Source: Myxococcota bacterium
GTDB lineage: Bacteria > Myxococcota_A > UBA9160 > UBA4427
Assembly (NCBI GenBank): GCA_036336835.1
Contig: JAYZFK010000099.1
Span: forward strand, 1-48,811
DNA length: 48,811 bases
Direction of reading: 5' to 3'
Positions within the stretch are counted from its first letter, which is position 1, and every line of letters begins with the position of its first letter. Positions 29,601 to 37,360 of this stretch are shown here, piece after piece. The translations under genes and the position numbers were made by a program. Under the pieces are notes generated by a model, which had not been told where the DNA came from, searched no databases, and saw nothing but the letters and a program-made list of their open reading frames with translations.

Positions 29601-29725
29601 CCCCCCGACGCCTGGCCGAGTACACGGCGCTGCTCGAAGCGTGGAGTGCGACCGACGCAGCCGGCGACGACACCCAGGATCCGGTGCTGCGCGACCAGCT
29701 GCGCGAGCTCGGCTACGTCGAATAG
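26687..29725 (+). CDS. Fusion of a GT-C-like (PTPS-related/YfhO-like) membrane protein and a sulfatase-like domain
   Basis: N-part: YPRW...GHGAPTFLYYSP, PYH...R..FAE, QFPWRF and FPGWVAEIDG. C-part: LTLDTVRRDH, TNPSHASMFTG, HLYDAH, ADHGE and LRELGYVE. GTGA overlap with the upstream gene and no stop between the parts. Confidence 0.78.
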   Translation: MSRSEALIAAGLLLVGLSVYAPIAWNDALPIARHSDVNFATQNARGFIDGLSEGRFYPRWLAEVNHGHGAPTFLYYSPAAYYAVGAVNLLTPDLLTALRATSVLLGLLSGVTFLLAARRWASNRAAALAAALYVALPYHVLDLYERFAFAEFAAFVWYPLVFACADRLLDGPSRRAWLGFASSYAALVLTHLVSGFMLPFVLVPYLGFRVVQERCWLRVVPLATAAALGLACCTVLLLPVVFERGLIQFEHATEMGRFNWKRNLLFRDEVAAGYSRATVKPVVERAAVGQAVLALGAVGTLAWRRRRRAGAGSDAIRDRSTTLAWIATAAWTFALQTAATWPVWAIVPELETVQFPWRFGGFQALAGAVLVARALTPAERTGSAWPELPGLPCALGALFALWIAVGMAANAQFLFDHEQADAANARGNPSYWVIPRGIADRLAIADEAPRLAPHAQLQAEGTIEIGEWRPHERRLVYQSTADGALRIRTFAFPGWVAEIDGKPIAIEAAGRWGSIQIQAPAGRHEVRIAFDETPIRRIGAITSALAVASLLIAAAWGRGRPTGRRLMSSSLLLAALGCGTPELPTARNLVVLTLDTVRRDHLSVYGYTQPTTPRLEAFADESVVFWNAIAQDTNTNPSHASMFTGQYPHVHGNRANGQILRPGVATLASILRDEGFTTAGFISSAVLESAGSGLDRGFEVYDDAFPGRRRTGAHTVERARRWLAAQPDEGRHLLFVHLYDAHGPYRPPAVHAQRFRSPSVQERLPRVPRHMRLVDEHDRPFSRLGQYVDQYDATLRHLDDLFEQLRRAIDLEDTAVIVLADHGETLGERYHGLDHGGQVFDEQIRIPLLVYAPRLAPRRVDELVQTVDLLPTALDLLGIAPPAAHSIQGHSLAPLLLGDEARGAPAPAFSAARAVAARHGDRGYVLDRSRRIQSVRSQNWKLIRYPGAQDDYLELYDLKADPGEKHDLAAHAPRRLAEYTALLEAWSATDAAGDDTQDPVLRDQLRELGYVE

Positions 29726-29821
29726 GATCGCCGCCCGGGCTTGCTCGTCCTCTGCGGCATCCAGTCCCAACGGGGATCTCCCGGCGCGTACACTGCACCG
29801 ACCGCGAGTAGGAGGCGGTGC

Positions 29822-31057
29822 ATGGCCCGGGCGCTCGGCCACTTCCGCATCTGCGACTTCACCGGCCAGCTCGCCGGGGCGGGCGCAACCAAGTGGCTCT
29901 CGGCCTTCGGCGCCGAGGTGATCCGCATCGAGGATCCGGTGCGGCAGGGGATGTGGGACGTGCTGCGCCCGATGCCTCCCTTCGTCGACGAGCGGCGAGG
30001 CGTCGACTTCGGCGGCGGTTTCAACAACCACAACACCGACAAGCGCGGTATCACGCTCAACCTGCGCACCGAGCGCGGCAAGGAATTGCTGGCCGAGATC
30101 GTGAAGCGAAGCGATGTCGTCAGCGAGAACTTCGCCTACGGCGTGCTCGACCGCTGGGGCTTCGGCTACGAGAGACTGAAGCAGCTACGCCCCGACATCA
30201 TCTATGTCAGCAACTGCGGATTCGGCCACACGGGCCCCTACAAGATGTACAAGACGTGGGGGCCGATCGTGCAGGCGCTGTCGGGCATCACCTTCACCTC
30301 CGGACTCCCAGAACACGAGCCTGCTGGCTGGGGCTACTCGTACATGGACCACACGGGTGGCTACTACATGGCGATCGCGATCCTGCTCGCTCTGGTGCAT
30401 CGCAACCGCACCGGCGAGGGCCAGTGGGTCGACATGGCCTGCACCGAGTCGGGGGCGACGCTGAACGGTCCCGCGCAGCTCGACTATTCGGTGAACGGGC
30501 GCACGCTGCGACGCGAAGGGTCGCCCAACAGCAACCGCAACGAGTGGCCGGCAATGGCACCGCACGGCATCTACCCGGCGCGCGGCGACGACGAGTGGGT
30601 CGCGATCAGCGTGCGCGACGACGCCGACTGGCGGCGCTTCGGCGGCGTGGTGAAGGAGGACTGGACGAACGCCCAACGTTTCGCGGAGCGCGCCGCGCGG
30701 CTCACCGCCCAGGATGAGATCGACGCGCTGCTCGGCGCCTGGAGCTGCGAGCGGGGCAAGTTCGAGGTGGAGCGCGATCTGCAGGCAGCCGGCGTCCCTG
30801 CGGCAGCGGTCCAGAAGCCGCAGGAGCGGATCGATCGCGATCCGGAGACTGCGCGGCGCGGGCTGTGGCCGACGGTCCACCACTCGAAGATGGGCGACGT
30901 TCGCGTCGACGGGATGCCGGTCCACCTCTCGAAGACGAGCTGGGCGATCGACACCGGGGGGCCCTGTCTCGGTGAGCACACGGACAGCGTGCTGGCCGAG
31001 CTGCTCGACCTGTCCCAGCCCGAGCTCGACGAGCTGCGCGCGGAGGGCGTGATTTGA
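29822..31057 (+). CDS. Family III CoA-transferase (catalytic subunit)
   Basis: FRICDFT, GAEVIRIE, KRGITLNL, ENF and GFGHTGP motifs, with the Asp in YMDHTGG. AGGAGG RBS. Confidence 0.92.
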   Translation: MARALGHFRICDFTGQLAGAGATKWLSAFGAEVIRIEDPVRQGMWDVLRPMPPFVDERRGVDFGGGFNNHNTDKRGITLNLRTERGKELLAEIVKRSDVVSENFAYGVLDRWGFGYERLKQLRPDIIYVSNCGFGHTGPYKMYKTWGPIVQALSGITFTSGLPEHEPAGWGYSYMDHTGGYYMAIAILLALVHRNRTGEGQWVDMACTESGATLNGPAQLDYSVNGRTLRREGSPNSNRNEWPAMAPHGIYPARGDDEWVAISVRDDADWRRFGGVVKEDWTNAQRFAERAARLTAQDEIDALLGAWSCERGKFEVERDLQAAGVPAAAVQKPQERIDRDPETARRGLWPTVHHSKMGDVRVDGMPVHLSKTSWAIDTGGPCLGEHTDSVLAELLDLSQPELDELRAEGVI

Positions 31058-32349
31058 GCATCTCCAACGACGCCGGCCCGAGCGCGCTCGCCGGCATCCG
31101 CGTGATCGAGCTATCGCACGAGCGAAGCTGCTTCGCCGCCAAGCTGCTGGCGGACATGGGCGCCGACGTGATCACGGTCGAGCCCCCGGCCGGGAGCCCC
31201 ACGCGTCACTACGAGCCGTTCGTCGGCGACGTCCCGGATTCGGACCGCAGCCTCTACTGGTGGCACTACAACACCAGCAAGCGCGGAATGACGCTCGATC
31301 TCGAAAGCGAGCGCGGCCGAGAGCTGTTCCTCGAGCTGGCGGCCAGCGCAGACTTCCTGATCGAGGCCGAGGACCCGGGGCGGATGGAGGCGCTCGGGCT
31401 CGACTACCCGGATCTCGCGCGCCAGAAACCCGACCTGATCGTCGCATCGATCACGCCCTTCGGACGCGACACCGAGAAGCCGGACGCGCAGTCGACCGAC
31501 CTCACGGTGCTGGCGGGCGGCGGCCCGGTCTGGAGCTGCGGCTACGATGACCACTCGCTCCCCCCGGTGCGCGGCGGCGGCAACCAGGGCTACCAGACGG
31601 CCTGTCACTATGCAGTGATGTCGCTGCTGACTGCACTGCTGTATCGCGACCTCTCGGGCGAAGGCCAGCACATCGACGTCAGCATGCACGCGGCCGCAAA
31701 CGTCACCACCGAGATGGCGAGCTATTGCTGGCTGGTTAAAGAGTCGACCGTGCAGCGGCAGACTGGCCGACATGCGATGGACACCGCGACCATGCCGGTC
31801 CAGCGACGCTGCGCGGACGGACGCTATGTGACCACGGGCATGCCCCCGCGTACACCGAAGGAGAACACGGGCCTCCACCGCTGGCTGGTCGATCTCGGTC
31901 TCGAAGACCAGCTGCCCGAGGCCATCTTCCTGCAGCGCGGTGCCGAGAAAGCCGCGATCGACTTCTCGCTGATCGGGGAGGACGACGAGACGACGGCGAT
32001 CGTCGCCGCGGGACGCGAGGCACTGGCACTGATTGCCGACCACGTGTCCGCCTATGAGTTCTTCATCGGTGCGCAGGAGATCGGCCTCGCGATCGGGATC
32101 ATCTACGCACCGGAGGAGATGATCGACGACCCGCATTTCCGGCAGCGCGGCTTCGCCTGCGAGATCGAACATCCCGAGCTCGGGCGGACCGTCACCTATC
32201 CTGGGGCGCCGTATCGGTTCGAGAAGTCGCCGTGGCGCATCTCGCGCCGGGCACCCCGGCTCGGCGAGCACGACGGCGAGATCCTGGCCGAGCTCGGCAT
32301 CGACGCCGAGGGCCTCGCCGCGCTGCGCCGCGACGGCGTGATCGTCTGA
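31054..32349 (+). CDS. Family III CoA-transferase-like subunit (lacks the catalytic-position Asp)
   Basis: IRVIEL, LADMGADVI, NTSKRG, GEGQHIDVS and RAPRLGEH motifs. The TTG start overlaps the upstream stop. Confidence 0.88.
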   Translation: MSISNDAGPSALAGIRVIELSHERSCFAAKLLADMGADVITVEPPAGSPTRHYEPFVGDVPDSDRSLYWWHYNTSKRGMTLDLESERGRELFLELAASADFLIEAEDPGRMEALGLDYPDLARQKPDLIVASITPFGRDTEKPDAQSTDLTVLAGGGPVWSCGYDDHSLPPVRGGGNQGYQTACHYAVMSLLTALLYRDLSGEGQHIDVSMHAAANVTTEMASYCWLVKESTVQRQTGRHAMDTATMPVQRRCADGRYVTTGMPPRTPKENTGLHRWLVDLGLEDQLPEAIFLQRGAEKAAIDFSLIGEDDETTAIVAAGREALALIADHVSAYEFFIGAQEIGLAIGIIYAPEEMIDDPHFRQRGFACEIEHPELGRTVTYPGAPYRFEKSPWRISRRAPRLGEHDGEILAELGIDAEGLAALRRDGVIV

Positions 32350-32350
32350 G

Positions 32351-35300
32351 TCACAGGCCGCTCAGGTACTCGATCAGATCGCGCAAATCGCGCGGCGACA
32401 GCGCCAGCCCCGTCGGAGGCATGGCACTGGCTCGCTCGCTCTGACTCACGATCTCTTCGCGCGCGACGATGCGACGCTCGCCAGCGACCTCGATCGTCAG
32501 TTGACGCTCGTCCTGCGCAATCCGCTCGGCCGAGAGTGTCTCGCCGCCCTCGAGCACCAGCGTGACCACTCCGAAGCCCGGCGCGATCTCGGCCTGCGGC
32601 ACCAGCAGCGATTCGAGCAGGAACTCGCGATCGCGGCGCTTGCCCACACCAACCAGACTCGGCCCCGCGAGCGGCCCGGCGTCGCCGTCGACATCGTGGC
32701 AACGCCGGCAGTCAGCAGCTCCCTCGAACACGCGCCGACCCCTCTCGGCGACGCCGCCCCGAAGCGCGCTGCGACGCGGCCCGACCAGGTCATCGCTCGC
32801 AAACGACGCGTCGTAGGCGGCGAGCTCGTCGCGCAGACTCGCACTGCGCCGTCGCGCCGCCTCGACGACCTCGAGCTGGATTGCGGGATCGAGCACGCCC
32901 GTCTGCAGCGCCAGCAACGACCGTCGCAGCTCGTCGTCGGCGGACCGGCTCTCGACCGACGCGAGCGTCGCCTGGGCGCGCTGCCGCTCGAGCAGGCTGG
33001 CTCGCGGCGACAGGGCGCGGACCTCGGCAACGGCCGACTCGGGCATGACCCCTGCGAGGATGTCGCGCGCCTCGGCGCGCAGGCTCGGGCTGCGGGAGTC
33101 GAGGGCCGAATCGAGAGCGCGTCCGAGCAACTGCGAGCGACGCTCGCCGAGCACGCGCAAGCTCTCCAGCTTGACCGGCTCGGGCACGAACCAGCCCTCG
33201 ACACGCCCGAGCAGCTCTTCGTCGGGCCAGTACACGCGATCGTAGGAACGCGCGATCTCGAGCACGCGCGCCTCGTATGGCCCGCCGACCAGTGCCGGCA
33301 CCAGCGCCGCGATCGCGCGGTCGACCGTGGACTCCGGGCGCTCGGGCAGCTCGCGATAGAAGCCGAAAACGGGATCGCGCGGCCCCGGTCGCGTGAACTC
33401 GGCCAGCGCATCGAGCGCGGCCAAGCGCATCGACTCCGGGTTGCGCTCGTCGGCAGCGTGAAGTGCGAGCCGGTCGGCATTGCTCGCCCCACCCAGCGTG
33501 AGGTTTGCGCTGATCACCCGGCGGTGGAGCGCCAGGCTCGTCTGCGGGTCGTCTCCACCTACCGGCAGCAGACCGTCGCGCGCGTCACCGAGCGCTGCCA
33601 ACGCGGGCAGCGCTTCGCGCAGGTCGAGATCGTGGATTGCGCGCGCCGCCTCGACGACGAGCGATGGCTCCGGATCGAACAGGAAGCGCGCAACCCGCGC
33701 ATCCTGGTGGCGCCGCAGGACGAGCAGCACGGCGCGCCGTACCGCAGGCGAAGCATCGTTCGCATACTGGAGTATCGCCTCCGGATCCTCCATCCCCTCG
33801 AGCGCCTGCACCGCCGCGTGGCGCAGGAAGACGTCGCGATCGTCGTTGCGTCGCAGCAGCTCGATGACCGAGCCGATGCCCCCCTTCGCCTGTAGCTTGC
33901 CGAGCGCCGTCAATGCCAGCGACTGCACGCGCGGGGTCTCGCCCGGTCCGAGCACCGCGATCAGCTCGGGGATCAGCCAGCTCGCACGCGCCTCGCCCGC
34001 GACACGCAACGCCTGCGCGCGCAGCTCGGGGTCTGCGTCGACCGTCCATTCGAGTCTTCTGATCCCGGCCGCGCGCAGGCCGTCCTCGCCGAGCTGTCCC
34101 AATCCCCACAGCGCGTGGATCCGCGCGAGCAGCGTCGCGGCAGGGTCGCGCGCGACGGCGCCCAGTGTCTCGGCGTCGCCGCGCGTTGCGAGGGCGTGTT
34201 GCGCCCCGCGGCGTGCTCGCCGGTCGACGTGCCCGAGCAGGGCGGCCAGCTGCTGGCTCTCGCGGTGACCGAAGCCCTCGCGCAGCAGCAGCGTCAGCTC
34301 GGCGACCCGCGGGTCGGCCAGATGCTCGGCGCTCTCGAAGCGCTGGATCCGGCTCCCGCCCTGGAACCGATTGAACTCCGAGACGTAGACGCGCCCGTCG
34401 GCGCCGAATACGAGATCCGTGGGCAGGATCGAGCCGAACAGCGTGCCCTGGCTCGTGAGCTCGAAGCCGGCGCCGCGCGGCTCCACACCGTAGGCCCGAA
34501 CACCGCTGCGAGCGCCGACGTACTGATAATCGCTGATCAGAAGCTTGCCCCGGAACTCGGGCGGCAGACCCCCGAGCCCGGGGTCGATCGCTGCGCCCGC
34601 CGGGCCGCGGCCGATGTAGCCCACCGGCGGCAGCACCCAGGCGGGTTGGCCTGCGTGCTGCGTCTCCCACAGCCGCTCGGCTTCCCAGGGCCCGTGGAAG
34701 TACTCGCCGACCATCGTCTGCACCGACATCGCCCAGCCGGTGTCACTGCCCTCCATCACGTAGACGAGCCGGGCCTCGTCGACGCCGTCGCCGTTGTTGT
34801 CGCCGGTGAACAGGTTTCCGTAGTCGTCGAATACCAGATCCTGCGGGTTGCGCAGGCCGGTGGCAAAGACCTCGAGTTCGGAGCCGTCGGGCTGCATGCG
34901 GAAGACCGCCCCGCGGCTCACCACCATGGGCGGACGCAGCACGCGACCCTCCCGGGTCGTCACGTTGTAGCCCCGATCACCGATCGAGAAATAGATGCGA
35001 CCGTCGGGGCCCCAGGTCAGACCGTGCAGGTCGTGTCCAACGAGCGAGGTGGTCACGCCAAAGCCGTGAGCAAGCCGCTCGCGCTCCTCTGCGTAGCCGT
35101 CGCCATCGCCGTCGCGCAGCCGCCACAGGTCCGGGATACAGCTGAAGAAGACATCACCGTCGTGCACGAGCACGCTCGAGCCGATGCCGCTCAGCACCTC
35201 GCTGAAGGCCGCAAACTCCATGATCTCGTCCGCGACGCCATCACCGTCCGTATCGCGCAGGCGGAGCACCTTGTCCGACTCCGTCGTGTACCACGACAGC

Positions 35301-35704
35301 GGATCCTTCCCGCGCTGCGCCCAGCTCTCGATGTACGCGCGTCGATCGTCGACCTGCTCGGCGGCCAGATCGTCGAGCAGCCAGTAGGGCTTGTTCCGGT
35401 TGTCGCTGATGCCATTGCCCCGGCGGTCGGTCGCCGCGACATAGACATCTCCGCGCGCATCGCGGGTGAGACCCACCGCGGTAGTGTCGAGCTCGGCGTA
35501 GACCGAGGCGGTCATGCCCTCGGGCAGGTCCGGCTCGGAGGAGAACCCCCCGGCCGTGAGCTGCGCGTAGCGCAGATAGATCTCGGCCGGGATCCGGCGC
35601 GAGAGCGGTAGCTCCATGCCCCGCGTCAGACAGCCCGAAAACGCCACCGCGATCAGCCCGGCGCTCACCAGACGCCAGCCGCGCCGCAATTGCTCCCCCC
35701 GCAT
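32351..35704 (-). CDS. PVC-type membrane-bound dehydrogenase-like protein (beta-propeller, HEAT repeats and monoheme cytochrome c)
   Basis: LRDTDGDGVAD, HDLHGLTWGPDG and GLRNP motifs, multiple HEAT-like repeats, then CRRCH...GPSL...SAMP. Possible lipobox FSGC. Start is ATG 35704 or GTG 35713. Confidence 0.85.
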   Translation of the reverse strand: MRGEQLRRGWRLVSAGLIAVAFSGCLTRGMELPLSRRIPAEIYLRYAQLTAGGFSSEPDLPEGMTASVYAELDTTAVGLTRDARGDVYVAATDRRGNGISDNRNKPYWLLDDLAAEQVDDRRAYIESWAQRGKDPLSWYTTESDKVLRLRDTDGDGVADEIMEFAAFSEVLSGIGSSVLVHDGDVFFSCIPDLWRLRDGDGDGYAEERERLAHGFGVTTSLVGHDLHGLTWGPDGRIYFSIGDRGYNVTTREGRVLRPPMVVSRGAVFRMQPDGSELEVFATGLRNPQDLVFDDYGNLFTGDNNGDGVDEARLVYVMEGSDTGWAMSVQTMVGEYFHGPWEAERLWETQHAGQPAWVLPPVGYIGRGPAGAAIDPGLGGLPPEFRGKLLISDYQYVGARSGVRAYGVEPRGAGFELTSQGTLFGSILPTDLVFGADGRVYVSEFNRFQGGSRIQRFESAEHLADPRVAELTLLLREGFGHRESQQLAALLGHVDRRARRGAQHALATRGDAETLGAVARDPAATLLARIHALWGLGQLGEDGLRAAGIRRLEWTVDADPELRAQALRVAGEARASWLIPELIAVLGPGETPRVQSLALTALGKLQAKGGIGSVIELLRRNDDRDVFLRHAAVQALEGMEDPEAILQYANDASPAVRRAVLLVLRRHQDARVARFLFDPEPSLVVEAARAIHDLDLREALPALAALGDARDGLLPVGGDDPQTSLALHRRVISANLTLGGASNADRLALHAADERNPESMRLAALDALAEFTRPGPRDPVFGFYRELPERPESTVDRAIAALVPALVGGPYEARVLEIARSYDRVYWPDEELLGRVEGWFVPEPVKLESLRVLGERRSQLLGRALDSALDSRSPSLRAEARDILAGVMPESAVAEVRALSPRASLLERQRAQATLASVESRSADDELRRSLLALQTGVLDPAIQLEVVEAARRRSASLRDELAAYDASFASDDLVGPRRSALRGGVAERGRRVFEGAADCRRCHDVDGDAGPLAGPSLVGVGKRRDREFLLESLLVPQAEIAPGFGVVTLVLEGGETLSAERIAQDERQLTIEVAGERRIVAREEIVSQSERASAMPPTGLALSPRDLRDLIEYLSGL

Positions 35705-35795
35705 GACTTGCACCCTCAGAGCAGGCGGCCGACGATATCACCTGGATCCGACTCGACTAGCGAGATGCGCTACAGCCAAGGCCGACTTCGCCAAC

Positions 35796-35824
35796 TTGAG
35801 AAAGTGTATTGTTTTCACTACAAT
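35796..35824 (+). promoter_or_regulatory. sigma70-type promoter TTGAGA-N17-TACAAT overlapped by a Fur-family-like operator
   Basis: -35 at 35796-35801, -10 at 35819-35824 and ATG 6 nt later. The 21-mer at 35797-35817 (TGAGAAAGTGTATTGTTTTCA) matches 13/21 positions of TGATAATGATAATCATTATCA. This is a conspicuously AT-rich patch in GC-rich DNA. Confidence 0.7.
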
Positions 35825-35830
35825 TCTGTC

Positions 35831-36214
35831 ATGTGGATGACCCGTGGCCACATTGCAGTAGCACTGACCGCGGCAGTGCTCGTCGCGACGGTCTTTCCCT
35901 GTACTGGATCAATCGCCGCCACGCCGAGTTCGCCGGCGCACGCGCATGATGCGGCCCTGGCTGGTGCTCCCGACCAGGATTCCGACCTGCACCGGGCCCG
36001 CGAGGTCGGAGAAGGGTCGGTCTTCGACGCACCGTGTCCCTGTGGCTGTGGCGAGCGCGACAACGCGCCGGGGTCCACGGCCCGGCTGGGTGCCGCGCTC
36101 CTCGCTGCCCCGCTCTCGCTGGAATACCGGCCCATGGACGGCGTGATCTCGATCGCTCGAGCAGCTTCGCCCGCAACGCCACTACAGCCAATCGATCACG
36201 TGCCTCGGCGCTAG
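35831..36214 (+). CDS. Small exported Cys/His leader-type protein (DUF2946/CutF/CruR-like)
   Basis: N-terminal hydrophobic signal, HAH, PCPCGC and a Pro-rich C-terminus QPIDHVPRR. It lies directly upstream of a beta-barrel gene. Confidence 0.6.
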   Translation: MWMTRGHIAVALTAAVLVATVFPCTGSIAATPSSPAHAHDAALAGAPDQDSDLHRAREVGEGSVFDAPCPCGCGERDNAPGSTARLGAALLAAPLSLEYRPMDGVISIARAASPATPLQPIDHVPRR

Positions 36215-36337
36215 ACACTCCAGGTTCCAGCAGTTCGCTCGCTCCGCACCTTCCGCTCGGCGGCCGGCGCAACGCGCGCGTCCCCTGCCCACTCTGATAT
36301 CGCATCGAGCCGACGCTCGGGCGTGGAAAGACTAGTC

Positions 36338-37360
36338 ATGTCGATCAAACACTTCGCTGCCGCGCTATGCGCGGCGCAACTCGCACTGACCGCGGCACAC
36401 GGAACCGCCGAAGCCTGCTCGGTCTGCCTCGCCGGCGACCCCCAGTACGCTCAACACGGAAGCTCCGCCCAGCAGGAAGGCAGCTTCTCCGCCTACCTGC
36501 AGGTGCAGGGCTGGCGCAAGGACAGCGGCCTGCTGCCACACGGAGACGAAGGCGGGGATGAACATCATGAGGGAGACGAAGGCGCTCACGAGGAAGAGGA
36601 GGGCACCGAGAAGAACCGCGGCCAGCGACTCGATCTGTATCTCTCCTGGACACCGATCGATCGGCTCACCCTCACGGCCGACATCCCGTTCGTCCACAAC
36701 CGCATCGAGGACACCGAGGACGGCACGAGCGAGATCCAGTCGTTGAATGGCCTCGGAGATGTCGCCATCTCAGCCGGCTACGTGCTCTGGCGCAACCGGA
36801 GCGCGCTCCCCACGACCTGGGTCGAGGGTCGGTTGTTCCTGAAGACGCCGACCGGCCCTACCGACCGGCAGCGGGGCGGCGTCATCGATCCGCACCTGCA
36901 GACCGGTACGGGCTCCTGGGACTTCGGCCTCGGCCTCGCGGCCACCCACCGCTTCGAGAGCGCCTCGGCCTACGGCAGCGTCTTCGTGCGCGAGAACGGC
37001 ACCGGCGACTTCGGCGGCACGGACTACGAGTATGGCGACGTCCTGCTCGCGAACGCCGCCGTCGAGGTTCCGATCGGCCACGCCTTCGGCGTGCCCTCCC
37101 TGCACTGGCTCACGCTCGGCGGAGAGATGAACTATCGCTGGGCGGGCAAGGACGACCTGGAAGGAGCACCGTTCCGCGACAGCGGCGGCTCGATCCTCTA
37201 CCTCACCCCCGTCGCGCGAATCGAGCTGCCGTGGGGTGTGGGGGTTCGGTCCGCATGGCTGCGCACGGCCGTCCAGCTGCCGGTGACATCGAAGTGGCTG
37301 AACGGGAGGCAGAAGGAAAAGGAAGTGTGGTCGGTGGGCATCCACGTACCATGGTTCTGA
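36338..37360 (+). CDS. Outer-membrane beta-barrel 'transporter' (MetA-pathway/Phenol_MetA_deg-like) with an N-terminal CxxC and a His/acidic insert
   Basis: Signal peptide ending AEA, then CSVC and HGDEGGDEHHEGDEGAHEEEE. GLGD, KTPTG, GTGSWD and DSGG motifs, alternating beta-strands and a terminal Phe. Confidence 0.8.
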   Translation: MSIKHFAAALCAAQLALTAAHGTAEACSVCLAGDPQYAQHGSSAQQEGSFSAYLQVQGWRKDSGLLPHGDEGGDEHHEGDEGAHEEEEGTEKNRGQRLDLYLSWTPIDRLTLTADIPFVHNRIEDTEDGTSEIQSLNGLGDVAISAGYVLWRNRSALPTTWVEGRLFLKTPTGPTDRQRGGVIDPHLQTGTGSWDFGLGLAATHRFESASAYGSVFVRENGTGDFGGTDYEYGDVLLANAAVEVPIGHAFGVPSLHWLTLGGEMNYRWAGKDDLEGAPFRDSGGSILYLTPVARIELPWGVGVRSAWLRTAVQLPVTSKWLNGRQKEKEVWSVGIHVPWF

